From Thermodesulfobium acidiphilum (GTDB lineage: Bacteria; Thermodesulfobiota; Thermodesulfobiia; Thermodesulfobiales; Thermodesulfobiaceae): a stretch of DNA of 64,000 nt. The translations under genes and the position numbers were made by a program. The notes beneath the pieces are model-generated. The model was not told the DNA's origin, made no database searches, and saw nothing but the letters and a program-made list of their open reading frames with translations. The stretch covers positions 856,916 through 920,915 of the forward strand of contig NZ_CP020921.1 of assembly GCF_003057965.1 (NCBI RefSeq). The letters are read 5' to 3'. Of this stretch, positions 48,621-59,223 are shown in pieces (position 1 is the stretch's first letter; the number at the start of each line of letters is the position of its first letter).

Positions 48621-51321
48621 TTGAATTATTTTCAAATGATTTTAAATATTTTAAAAAGAATAAGACAATATAAAATACTCACAAGTTTTTTACTTTTTCT
48701 ACCTACAATGTTTATTATTTTCTGGATTATTAGCAGCGAAGTCAAAGAATTTTTTAATGCTCAATTAATCGTTGAGAATAATGCAAGAAATTTAGCCTCT
48801 TTATATGCAAGTGAAATTTCAAGAAAACTTGACTCAAAGTTTGAAGTGCTTAAATTCATTGGAAATTTATTATTGAGCAATCGGTCTTCCGGTATTTTAG
48901 TTGATAAAGAGACCGCCAATTTTATAAAATATCTAACAAAATTTTATTCTGACACACCTGCTTTTAGTATATATTCCAAAGAAGATAAAATTATTTATAC
49001 TACTCTTCCAAATATTAGTGAAGTACCTAAAATAAATTTTTTTTCCGTTAATAAAAATTCAGACTATCAGCTTGGATTAGTTCACATAGGCTATTTTAAC
49101 ACCGAAGTATTAAATGAAAGATATATATTAAGAGATACCCTTGGCAAACCACTTTATTACATCCGAACGACATATTTTTTAGATAATTTATTTTCTAGTA
49201 ATCTAAAAAGCAAAAAAATTAATTTGATAGTAAAGGATTTAAGAAACAATGAACTATTAGGAAGACTTTCTGATGGAATTTTTATAAAAAACGCATCAAA
49301 TATTACTGGAAATGAAGTAATAGTAACAGTTCCCGGTTATCCATTTGAAATAAAAGCAGTTTATCCTAAAAAACTAATTTGGGAAACATATGTAAATATA
49401 TCTTTAAAAAGATTATTTATTGAAGGGCTTGTTTTAATTTTAATGATTCTTGTAAATGCTTTTATATTTTTCTATATAACTAAAAAAAAGAGAGAGAGAA
49501 AATCTTCAAAGAATTATTGATTTTGGCACTGTACTTGCACAAGTAAATCAATTGATCGCAAATGTACAAGATGAGTCAACTTTATATCAATCGATATGTG
49601 ACATAGCTGTAAGATATGGGCATCTAAAACTTGCTTTCATTGCTAAGCCAGATAAAGATGGCATATTTAGGATTCTTGCAGCATCGGGTAATACTAAATA
49701 CGCATATTCTGCTTTTATTTCGATTAGTCCTGAAATACTTGAAGGACAGGGCTCATCTGGAAAAACATGGAGAAATAAAGTTGCTAATTATGTCCAATCA
49801 TTTGAAAAGGAAAGTTTTACAGCTCCCTGGAAAAATCTGGCTAAAAAATATGTAATAAAATCAAGCGCTACTATTCCAATATTTAAAGAGAATGATATTT
49901 GGGCTTGCTTATCAGTATATCACTCTGAAGAGAATGTCTTCACAGGAGATCTGAAAAAATTATTAGAAGAACTCTCAAAAGATATTTCAATTGGCTTAGA
50001 CAGACTAGATTTTAGAAAAAAAGAGAAAGAAATCTCAGAGATCAGGAAGAATATTATTGAAAACGCTTTAATTGGTATCGCACTTGTAAAAAACAGGGAG
50101 ATCTTACAAGTAAACCCAAAGTTTGCTAAAATATTTGGCTACTCTGATGAAAAAGAACTCGTTGGAAAGCCAACAAAAATACTGTTTTATGATGAAGAAG
50201 AATATGAAAGAATTGATAAGTTATATAATGATTTATTTATAAACAAAAAAATTGAACTTATAGAAATTCGTCAAAAGAGAAGGAATAATGATTTAATTAT
50301 TTGCGAAGCAACAGCAAATGTTATTGACGAAAAAGAAAAGATCACTATTTGGACGGTCCAGGATATTACAGAAAGAAAAAAGGCTCAACTTGAATTAGAA
50401 AGGGCGTATTTTCTTTTAAACAACATAATTGAAAACTTACCCGATGCTACCTTTGTTATAAATTCTGAAGGAAAAATTATAGCATGGAATAAAGCTTTGG
50501 AAACATTGACAGGCAAGACAAAAGAAATAATGTTAGGGAAAGATTATCTAGAATATTCAATATTGTTTTACGATAAACCAAGACCATTACTAGCCAATAT
50601 AATCTTAAGTAATAACGAAAAACTTTTAAAGGAAAATTACAATTTGATTTATAAATCAGACAACATAATCTATGCAGAAACTTTTTCTCCAAAAATATTT
50701 AACAATGCAGGAGCATATGTATTTGTTGCCACGTCTAAGTTAATTGATAAGAAAGGAAATGTAATAGGAGCAATTGAATCAATAAGAGATATTTCTGAAA
50801 ACAAAAAAATGGAAGAAGAGCTATACGAGTTATCTATTAAAGATTCTTTAACTGATTCGTACAATAGAAGATATTTTGAAAAAAGATTAGAAGAAGAAAT
50901 TGAAAGAACAAAGCGAAATAAGATACCTTTTTCACTTATAATGTTTGATATTGATGATTTTAAAACTATTAATGACAATTATGGCCATGCGGTTGGAGAC
51001 AGAGTTCTTGTAGAAATTGTAAATTTCATTAAAAATAGAATCAGAAAGACTGATTTTATAGCTAGATGGGGTGGAGAAGAGTTTATGATACTCCTGACAA
51101 ATACCAATCTACATTATGCTGAAAAATTAGCTCTTGAGCTTAAGGATGGAATATGCAGATTAAATATCCCTGAAGTTAAATTCGTAACTGCTAGCTTTGG
51201 AGTTACGAGTTATCAGCACTTTGATACAGTAAATTCAATAACTAAAAGAGTAGATGATTTGATGTATGCTGCTAAAGCTGCAGGCAAAAACTGTGTAAGG
51301 TGTAGCATATATGAAATATAA
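48621..51321 (+). pseudogene. Membrane sensor-GAF-PAS-PAS-GGEEF diguanylate cyclase split by a frameshift (ORFs 48621-49520 and 49552-51321)
   Basis: Two TMs in ORF1; downstream frame open from 49480; frames overlap across A8-(GA)5; intact RxxD and GGEEF. Confidence 0.8.
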
Positions 51322-51330
51322 AATTTATAC

Positions 51331-51406
51331 TGGAGCCAACGGGCGGATTTGAACCGCCGACCTACTGATTACGAATCAGTTGCTCTGCCAGCTGAGCTAC
51401 GTTGGC
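51331..51406 (-). tRNA. tRNA-Thr(CGT)
   Basis: GCCAACG...CGTTGGC-TCCA, CTGAT TCGTA ATCAG; TGaTATAAT at 51418-51426 (minus strand). Confidence 0.96.
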
Positions 51407-51431
51407 CTAGTTTAAATATTATATCAAAAAA

Positions 51432-52928
51432 TTATGATTTTATGCCTAAGATTTTCAAAATTTCATCTGACATTTGCTCTTTATTTATTACAACTTTATG
51501 AATTATGCTTTTTTCTTTTAAAGACCTTAATGGTGCTGGAATCGGAACATTTGTTTTTTCTTCCAATTCAAACATTAAATCGAATTCACTTTTAGTAGGG
51601 TCTGGTTTTCCAAATAAAGCTTCGTAAATACTAATTGAAAATTTATATGGATTCGCAGTAGATAATATAAATGTTGGTGTAAAGTCCTTTGTTTGACTAA
51701 TGTATTTTAGATAAACAGATCTGCCTACAGAAGTATGAGTATCCAAAAGATAATTGTTTTCTTTGAAATCTTTATAAATTTGCTTTTTTGTTGTCGTATC
51801 ATCAACCCAATCAGCCCAAAACAGATTCTTTATTTTCGAGTGTAAATCATTATTTATCTTATATTCCCCATTTTCTTTTAGTTGAATCATTAGATTTAAA
51901 ATATAGTTTGAGTCCGAATTAGATAAATCATATAATAGTCTTTCTAGGTTACTAGAAATCAAAATATCCATTGAGGGAGAGATAGTTTTATAAAATTTTC
52001 TTTTCCTATTGTATATTCCATTGTTTATAAAATCTGTAAGAACGTTATTGCTGTTTGAAGCACAAATAAGTTTTTTTATTGGTAAACCCATTTTTTTAGC
52101 ATAATAACCAGCTAATATATTACCAAAGTTTCCAGTAGGAACAACGAAATTTATTTCCGAATTCATATCAAATAAATTGTTTTTCAAGCCCTGGATATAA
52201 GAATAAAAATAATATACTATTTGAGGAACTAATCTCCCCCAATTTATTGAGTTTGCAGAAGAAAGTTCAAAGCCATTCTGTAATAACTTATTGTTTAAAG
52301 CCACATCGTTGAAAATTGATTTTACACTGGTTTGTACGTCATCAAAATTTCCTTTTACTGCGAAAGAGAAGGTATTTGTACCTTCTTGAGTAATCATCTG
52401 TAACTTTTGAATCTCGCTTACTCCATTATGAGGGAAAAAAACAATAATTTTAGTACCCTTTACATCCTTATAACCTTCAAGAGCTGCCTTACCTGTATCG
52501 CCAGATGTAGCAACCAAAATAACTATTTCGTTATGTATGTTATTTTTATTTTTTGCAATCGACAGTAAAAGTGGCATAATTTGAAGAGCAATATCCTTAA
52601 AAGCTTGAGTTGGACCGTGCCATAATTCAGTTATTGAGCAATTTTTATTAAAACTAAAAATTGGAGTAATAAATTTATTATCAAATTTATCAAGATTATA
52701 AGCTTGATCTATACAATAGCTTATTTCATCATTAGTATAATCTGTTAAAAATTTCTTCAGTATTAAAAAAGCAACGTCCTGGTATCTTTCTAATTTCGAA
52801 ATTTCCTTTATATCGATTGGTGGTATTTCTTCAGGAACAAAAAGTCCTCCATCTTTCGATAAACCTTCTAGAATAGTTTCAGAAGCTAAGAGTTTTTCAT
52901 TATCTCCTCTAGTACTTTTATAAAGCAT
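51432..52928 (-). CDS. thrC: Threonine synthase
   Basis: Y.STRG, EL.HGPT.AFKD.ALQ, ATSGDTG.AA, NSINWGR, PTGNFGN. Confidence 0.96.
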   Translation of the reverse strand: MLYKSTRGDNEKLLASETILEGLSKDGGLFVPEEIPPIDIKEISKLERYQDVAFLILKKFLTDYTNDEISYCIDQAYNLDKFDNKFITPIFSFNKNCSITELWHGPTQAFKDIALQIMPLLLSIAKNKNNIHNEIVILVATSGDTGKAALEGYKDVKGTKIIVFFPHNGVSEIQKLQMITQEGTNTFSFAVKGNFDDVQTSVKSIFNDVALNNKLLQNGFELSSANSINWGRLVPQIVYYFYSYIQGLKNNLFDMNSEINFVVPTGNFGNILAGYYAKKMGLPIKKLICASNSNNVLTDFINNGIYNRKRKFYKTISPSMDILISSNLERLLYDLSNSDSNYILNLMIQLKENGEYKINNDLHSKIKNLFWADWVDDTTTKKQIYKDFKENNYLLDTHTSVGRSVYLKYISQTKDFTPTFILSTANPYKFSISIYEALFGKPDPTKSEFDLMFELEEKTNVPIPAPLRSLKEKSIIHKVVINKEQMSDEILKILGIKS

Positions 52929-52941
52929 TCTTTCACCTCAT

Positions 52942-53676
52942 TTAAAAAATAATTCTTCCAGAGAATAATGAATAATATTTGCCGTTCAAAATATAAATTA
53001 ATTCTCCTTCAGAGCCAATAGAATCTAAAATTGCGTTATAAACAATTTTATTTTGTTTCTCAATTTTTATAAATTCGTTTTTTAAAAAAAGTTTATTATT
53101 TATATCTTTTAATATCGTATCAAAAAAAATATCAGAAAAATTCTCTAAAATTTTCTCAAAATTTTCTAAAATATTGAACAAAAGCATGTTAACGTTTATC
53201 TCTCTTTTAAGGATCGATTTTAAGTTGATTGCAGGATATCTAATGTTTTCAATATTTATTTCATTATTAACGTTTATTCCAAAGCCACAAATATGATAAA
53301 CTTCACCATTAAAGTTAAATTTTTCTACAAGTATACCTGCAACTTTTTTATATAATAACATTACATCGTTTGGCCATTTGATCATCGGATGTAAAGTCAA
53401 ATTTTCGATAGACTTTAGCACAGCATAAGAACACATTAGAGGCAAAAGTGTATCTTTAAACGTAGAAAAATTTTTCAATGAAAGAGAAAACCACAGACCA
53501 CCTTTATAGGATTGCCATAGCGAATTTCGTTGTCCTCTTCCTTTAGTTTGTTCTGATGCAACTATAACAGGCGAAAAATTGTATTTTCTTATCCAATCTT
53601 TTGATACGTCCTGAGTACTCTCAACCTTTTTTAAAAATAATATTTTTTCTAAATCTTTCAAGATTCCTCCCTGCAA
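52942..53676 (-). CDS. birA: Biotin-protein ligase (no HTH domain)
   Basis: STQ, QTKGRGQ...W, KWPND, KV.GILVE, G.GIN. Confidence 0.9.
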   Translation of the reverse strand: MQGGILKDLEKILFLKKVESTQDVSKDWIRKYNFSPVIVASEQTKGRGQRNSLWQSYKGGLWFSLSLKNFSTFKDTLLPLMCSYAVLKSIENLTLHPMIKWPNDVMLLYKKVAGILVEKFNFNGEVYHICGFGINVNNEINIENIRYPAINLKSILKREINVNMLLFNILENFEKILENFSDIFFDTILKDINNKLFLKNEFIKIEKQNKIVYNAILDSIGSEGELIYILNGKYYSLFSGRIIF

Positions 53677-54230
53677 AGGAAGCCTTTTTCAGTAACAATG
53701 ATGTCCATTTTTATATCCCAAGGATCTGAGTTAATATTTTCAACTATCTGAACGTCAAACGCTACACCAATTTTCAAAGTTGTTTTTGGTAATTTTTTCA
53801 AAAATTTGTCGTAAAAACCTTTGCCAAAACCTATCCTATTAAAATTTCGATCAAATGCTACTCCAGGAATAAAAACCAGATCAAAATTTTTTTGCTTAAT
53901 TCTATTGGGTTTATACAAAGGTTCAAAAATACCATACGGTCCTCTTTCCCATATAGTATCTACAAAGCATTGAACCGGGTTAATCTTGATATTTTTTAAA
54001 GAAACAGTTGGCAAAAACACTTTTTTATGTCTTTTTAAAGCATCTGTATACAAAGTTTTAAGATCAACCTCACCCTTTATAGAGGAATATAACATCAAAC
54101 TATCAGCTTCCAGATAAAAGAAACTTTTTATAATCATTAAACAAATAACCTGGCTCATAGATTTTTGAAAATCTAAACTAAGACTTTCCCTTTTTCTAAG
54201 AACTCTTTCCCTTATTAATATTTTTTCCAT
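53658..54230 (-). CDS. 5-formyltetrahydrofolate cyclo-ligase
   Basis: YGIFEP, PGVAFD...RIGFGKGFYDK, WDI.MD...TE. Confidence 0.93.
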   Translation of the reverse strand: MEKILIRERVLRKRESLSLDFQKSMSQVICLMIIKSFFYLEADSLMLYSSIKGEVDLKTLYTDALKRHKKVFLPTVSLKNIKINPVQCFVDTIWERGPYGIFEPLYKPNRIKQKNFDLVFIPGVAFDRNFNRIGFGKGFYDKFLKKLPKTTLKIGVAFDVQIVENINSDPWDIKMDIIVTEKGFLCREES

Positions 54231-54250
54231 AAAAATTTACTTAAGGTAAA

Positions 54251-55558
54251 TTAAATTCCTAACTTTTTCAGAATTGAATCATCTGCTATAAGTGTTTGAG
54301 AACGCTTAGCACCTATACTAACGAATAAAACAGGGGTTTTTGATAGCTCTTCAATCCTTTTTATATACTTTATGGCATTCTCTGGCAAATCTTCAAATTT
54401 TTTAACGTTTGTAGTATCAGTTTTCCACCCAGGCATTTCTTCGTAAAGCAACTCAACATTATACAAATCGGATATACATGAAGGCATTCTGTCTACGACT
54501 TTACCGGATCTTAATTTATAAGCATATGCAATTTTTAATGTATCTAAATCATCCAATACATCAAGTTTTGTAAGCGCAAAACCGTCAAAAGAATTGACAA
54601 TTGAGCTATAGTGCAAGACCACTGCATCAAGCCATCCAGTTCTTCTTGGTCTACCTGTAGTAGTACCGAATTCATGCCCCTTTTGTCTGATTTTTTCACC
54701 TATATCATCAAATAACTCAGTAGGAAATGGGCCTTCGCCAACCCTTGTGGTGTATGCCTTCGCTATACCGATTATACCATTTATAAATTTTGGACCTACA
54801 CCTGAACCCATACACGCACCTCCTGCAGTTGGATGTGAAGAGGTTACAAATGGATATGTTCCATGGTCCAAATCAAGTAGTGTTCCCTGAGCACCCTCAA
54901 ATAAAACCTTTTGTCCATTTTTTAAGGCATCGTTGATTTCGTAAACAGAATCAATAACGTGATCTGCAAAGTATTCTTTAAATCTTAGCAACTCTTTAAA
55001 AATTGAATCAATATTTATGGAGCTTAAATCAACAAAATTACTATAAAGCTTTATTTTTTCCTCATAAGATTTGTGTAACAAATCCTTCAAATCAGACTCA
55101 GAACAATATAAATCTCCCATTCTTATTCCAACTCTACCATATTTATCCATATATGTTGGACCAATACCCCTGCCTGTAGTACCTATTACCTTCCCATTAG
55201 GAGTTTGGTCTTTCCATCTATCTATAATTGGATGGAACGGTAAAATCAAGTGAGTCCTTGTGCTTATGAAAAGGTTTTTACATTGATGACCTCTTTCTTT
55301 CAGGCTTTCAACTTCTTTGTGTAACATCCAGAGATTTAGGACTGCACCGTTACCAATTATGCATTTCTTGTCAGAATACAAAATTCCTGACGGTATGTTA
55401 TGAAACTTATATTCTTTATCATCAACTACCACAGTGTGACCCGCATTATCTCCACCTTGATATCTCACAATCAAATTCATCCTTTGCGCAAGCCAATCAG
55501 TAATTTTACCTTTCCCTTCATCTCCCCACTGTGCTCCTACAATAACAATTCCTGGCAT
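54251..55558 (-). CDS. purA: Adenylosuccinate synthetase
   Basis: QWGDEGKGK, GG.NAGHT, EGAQG, GTTTGRPRR. Confidence 0.98.
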   Translation of the reverse strand: MPGIVIVGAQWGDEGKGKITDWLAQRMNLIVRYQGGDNAGHTVVVDDKEYKFHNIPSGILYSDKKCIIGNGAVLNLWMLHKEVESLKERGHQCKNLFISTRTHLILPFHPIIDRWKDQTPNGKVIGTTGRGIGPTYMDKYGRVGIRMGDLYCSESDLKDLLHKSYEEKIKLYSNFVDLSSINIDSIFKELLRFKEYFADHVIDSVYEINDALKNGQKVLFEGAQGTLLDLDHGTYPFVTSSHPTAGGACMGSGVGPKFINGIIGIAKAYTTRVGEGPFPTELFDDIGEKIRQKGHEFGTTTGRPRRTGWLDAVVLHYSSIVNSFDGFALTKLDVLDDLDTLKIAYAYKLRSGKVVDRMPSCISDLYNVELLYEEMPGWKTDTTNVKKFEDLPENAIKYIKRIEELSKTPVLFVSIGAKRSQTLIADDSILKKLGI

Positions 55559-55578
55559 TAAACTACACCTCCAAAATT

Positions 55579-56904
55579 TTACTCATTGCTATAAAAATCC
55601 TCTTTATTTACAAATTTTGCTTGTTCTTTTAGAAACACCAATTCTACTTTGCCCAAAGGGCCATTCCTTTGCTTAGCAATAATTATTTCGGCAATTCTTT
55701 TCTTGTCTGACTTTGGGTTATAATATTCATCCCTATATATAAATGCTACAACATCAGCTATTTGTTCAATTTCGCCTGACTCTCTAAGATCAGAAAGTAC
55801 TGGTCTTTTCTCATTTCTAGTCTCGACTGCTCTGGATAGTTGCGAGAGAGCAATTATTGGAACTTCTATCTCTCTAGCCAAAGCCTTAAGCGATCTTGCA
55901 ATTTCAGCTACCTCTTGTACTCTATTTTCACTTTTTCTACCCTGCATAAGTTGCAGATAATCGACTATTATCAGTGATAATGGAGTTTCACTTTTTAATT
56001 TTCTTGACTTAGCCCTCATCTCAAGAGCAGATATATTAGGAGTATCATCGATATAAAGGTTACATTCAGAAAGCTTTGATATTGCTCTACTCAATCTGGG
56101 CCATTCATGTTCTTGAATATTTCCTGTTCTAAGGTTATGAATATCTATCATACTCTCAGCACATATCAATCTTTGAGATAATTGTTCCTTAGACATTTCA
56201 AGCGAAAATATCCCTACAGCCTTTCCGGGTTGCCCTGATAAATATCTTGCAAGATTCAAACAAAATGCAGTTTTACCCATTGATGGTCTTGCAGCAATAA
56301 TAATGAGATCTGAAGGCTGAAACCCTGCTGTTAAGAAGTCAAAGTCTTTAAAACCACTAGGTTCACCTGTTATGCCTGTTTTATTTTGAAATGACTTATC
56401 AATCATTTCAAAAGTAGAAGTGAGGGCATCCGATATATGGACAAATCCTTTTCTAGATCTTTTTTGTGTAATTTCAAAAACAAGTTTTTCAGCTCTATCG
56501 AGAGCATCTTCTATGTTTTCCCTGGAAAAGCCTATTTCTACAATTTCTGTTCCAACTTCTATCAACTTTCTAAACAATGCAGCTTCCTCAACTAGTTTTG
56601 CATAATATTGAGCATTGGCAGGCGTTAATAAATTCGAAACGAGATCGGCTAGATAACTTGGACCGCCTATTTCGTCCAACAAATTTTTTGTAGACAACTT
56701 TTCTGACAAAGTTACTATGTCTACAGGATCTCCCTTGTCAAAAAGCTCTACAATAGATGAATATATATGCCTATGAGCAGTTTTATAAAAATATTCTGGC
56801 TTAACAGTTTCAATGCACATTGCAATTGCTTCTCTACTAAGCAACATAGAGCCCAAAAGGGCTTGTTCTGCTTCTAAATTATATGGGGGAGTTCTATCTA
56901 ACAT
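55579..56904 (-). CDS. dnaB: Replicative DNA helicase
   Basis: AARPSMGKT, SLEM, DYLQL, SQLSR, SDLRESG.IEQ.AD, KQRNGP; no intein. Confidence 0.98.
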   Translation of the reverse strand: MLDRTPPYNLEAEQALLGSMLLSREAIAMCIETVKPEYFYKTAHRHIYSSIVELFDKGDPVDIVTLSEKLSTKNLLDEIGGPSYLADLVSNLLTPANAQYYAKLVEEAALFRKLIEVGTEIVEIGFSRENIEDALDRAEKLVFEITQKRSRKGFVHISDALTSTFEMIDKSFQNKTGITGEPSGFKDFDFLTAGFQPSDLIIIAARPSMGKTAFCLNLARYLSGQPGKAVGIFSLEMSKEQLSQRLICAESMIDIHNLRTGNIQEHEWPRLSRAISKLSECNLYIDDTPNISALEMRAKSRKLKSETPLSLIIVDYLQLMQGRKSENRVQEVAEIARSLKALAREIEVPIIALSQLSRAVETRNEKRPVLSDLRESGEIEQIADVVAFIYRDEYYNPKSDKKRIAEIIIAKQRNGPLGKVELVFLKEQAKFVNKEDFYSNE

Positions 56905-56971
56905 GATAACTATTCACAGAAACGGTTAAAATTAAAAATGGCAAAATTGAAAGTCATTTAAAAGAATAATA

Positions 56972-57706
56972 TTAGTATGCATAGAGATTTCCATAAGGTC
57001 TGTGAGATATCGCTTTAATCTTAATAAACCTATCTTTTAAGAGTTCTACAGCATTATAATTAAATTTACTTCCATATTCGCTTAAAATATTTTTTAATAT
57101 TTCATAATCATTATCATCTATATCAAGTACTACAACCTCTTTACCTATGTTGTTTATATTTACATCACCACGTATGTATATTTTTCCACCATGCATACCT
57201 GTACCAATTGCATCTGCTTTCATTACCTTAGGCGAATCAATATTTAATATTACCAAAATGCCCCCTGCCATGTATTCTCCTAAAAAGCTTCCCGCGCTTC
57301 CTCCAACCACAATCACAGGAACGTTGTTTTCAAATTCTTTCATGTGAATGCCTACTCTATAGCCTACATTTTTTTCAATAAAAATTTTTCCGCCTCTAGC
57401 AGCATATCCTACTACGTCCCCAGCATTTCCGTGAACACATATTGTACCACTGTTTAAAGTATTTCCCACACCATCCTGTGCATTACCAAAAAGCTCTATA
57501 TTTACACCATCCATAAACATGCCAAGATCATTGCCAGCAGTGCCATATATAGTAATTTTTAAGTCACTATTTTGTATCCCATTACCAATAAACCTTTGTC
57601 CAAGAACATTTATAATTTTAATTTCCTTATGACCTTGTCGAATAGACTCTTTAATCTTTTTGTTTAGCTGTTTTGAATCCATATTCATAGCATCTATTGT
57701 AACCAT
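56972..57706 (-). CDS. Glutamate synthase GXGXG (domain 3) subunit
   Basis: Repeated GNAQDG.G, GEYMAGG, GTGMHGG. Confidence 0.9.
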   Translation of the reverse strand: MVTIDAMNMDSKQLNKKIKESIRQGHKEIKIINVLGQRFIGNGIQNSDLKITIYGTAGNDLGMFMDGVNIELFGNAQDGVGNTLNSGTICVHGNAGDVVGYAARGGKIFIEKNVGYRVGIHMKEFENNVPVIVVGGSAGSFLGEYMAGGILVILNIDSPKVMKADAIGTGMHGGKIYIRGDVNINNIGKEVVVLDIDDNDYEILKNILSEYGSKFNYNAVELLKDRFIKIKAISHRPYGNLYAY

Positions 57707-57708
57707 AT

Positions 57709-59223
57709 TTACCTCCCGGCAGGCTTGACGCCAAGAACTTCCAGAGTTTCTCTTGAAAGTTCCAGTGCCCTTAATCTCTCTCTATTTCCAACTAAACTTT
57801 CTATAGCATTAATTCCTAATGCACCCATTATCTCTTTTAATTCCAGACTCCAACCTCTTATTAAATTAATGAGCTTTTTAGATGCCTCATCAGGATTGAG
57901 CCTTTCAACCAACTCTGGTCTTTGGGTAGCAATTCCCCATGAACAATTCCCTGTATAGCACTTCTGGCATAAAGTACAACCCATAGCTATTAAAGCAACA
58001 GTTCCAATAGTAACAAAATCCGCACCAAGAGCTAGAGCCTTTGCCATATCAGCGGCGTGTCGAATACCGCCAGCAGCCACAATAGAAACCTTATTTCTAA
58101 TCTTCTCTTTCCTTAACCTATCATCAACTGCAGCAATTGCAAGCTCTATGGGTATCCCAATATGATCTCTAATCATGGCTGGTGCTGCACCTGTACCGCC
58201 CCTAAAACCGTCAATTACGATATAATCTGCATCAGCTCTAGCAACTCCAGAAGCTATTGCAGCAATATTGTGAACTGCTGCAATCTTAACACCTACCGGT
58301 TTAGAATAATCTACAGTCTCTTTTAAAGAAGCAATTAATTGGGCCAAGTCTTCAATTGAATATATATCATGATGAGGTGCAGGTGAGAGTGCATCAGTAC
58401 CCTTTGGGATCATTCTAGTAGATGAAACTTCATTGTCTACCTTATATCCTGGCAAATGTCCACCTATTCCTGGTTTTGCTCCCTGTCCAATTTTAATCTC
58501 AATTGCAGCAGCTCTTTTAAGATATTCTGGACTTACACCAAATCTTCCAGAAGCTACTTGAACTATTATATTATCTGAATATTCATAAAGATCCTTGTGT
58601 AAGCCACCTTCTCCAGTATTCATCAAAATGCCACACTCCCTTGCAGCCTTTGCAAGCGCTTTATGTGCATTTAACGATATAGCCCCATATGACATTGCTG
58701 CAAATATAATAGGAGAATTAAGTTTTATATTGGGTTTAATGTTATCTTTCAAAACATATTTGTTATCCCTAAATTCTAAAGATATATCAATTGGTTTTTC
58801 TCCTAAATAGCTTATTATTTCCATTGGTTCCCTTAATGGGTCAATTGATGGATTAGTAACCTGACACGCGTCTAATAAAAGTCTATCAAAAATCACAGGG
58901 TACGGTTTATCATTACCTGCAGCTGTTAAAAGTATTCCCCCACTATTAGCCTGTTTCTTTATATTTTTAATGTATTCAGGTTTCCAATAATCATTGTGCT
59001 TTTGCGTGCCGGGAAATTTAATTATTTGAATAGCTTTTGTAGGGCAGATATACATACACCTTTGACAAGCTACACACTTCTCATGAATTGGTTTTACGTT
59101 CTTATCTTTGTCCTGCATAAGAGCTGAAAAACCACAATTCTTAACACATTGTCCGCACTTTATACAAACTTCTCTATCAACTTTTATAAAAAATTCAGGA
59201 AGTAGTTTATCAAGCACAGACAT
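57709..59223 (-). CDS. Glutamate synthase FMN-binding subunit with N-terminal 2x[4Fe-4S] (archaeal type)
   Basis: Two CxxCxxCxxxC motifs, MSYGA, TGEGG, QVASGRFG, GQGAKPG.GGHLPG, PHHDIYSIEDL. Confidence 0.93.
   Translation of the reverse strand: MSVLDKLLPEFFIKVDREVCIKCGQCVKNCGFSALMQDKDKNVKPIHEKCVACQRCMYICPTKAIQIIKFPGTQKHNDYWKPEYIKNIKKQANSGGILLTAAGNDKPYPVIFDRLLLDACQVTNPSIDPLREPMEIISYLGEKPIDISLEFRDNKYVLKDNIKPNIKLNSPIIFAAMSYGAISLNAHKALAKAARECGILMNTGEGGLHKDLYEYSDNIIVQVASGRFGVSPEYLKRAAAIEIKIGQGAKPGIGGHLPGYKVDNEVSSTRMIPKGTDALSPAPHHDIYSIEDLAQLIASLKETVDYSKPVGVKIAAVHNIAAIASGVARADADYIVIDGFRGGTGAAPAMIRDHIGIPIELAIAAVDDRLRKEKIRNKVSIVAAGGIRHAADMAKALALGADFVTIGTVALIAMGCTLCQKCYTGNCSWGIATQRPELVERLNPDEASKKLINLIRGWSLELKEIMGALGINAIESLVGNRERLRALELSRETLEVLGVKPAGR

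Noticed and set aside
49482-49490. A_AAA_AAG as a programmed -1 ribosomal frameshift site
   Set aside because: The downstream coding frame is +1, not -1
51331-51431. Regulatory coupling of thrC with the adjacent tRNA-Thr(CGT)
   Set aside because: The tRNA has its own extended -10 element and no T-box or attenuator is evident; adjacency alone is insufficient
54231-54250. 6S RNA, often found upstream of 5-formyl-THF cyclo-ligase
   Set aside because: Only 20 bp separate the gene from purA
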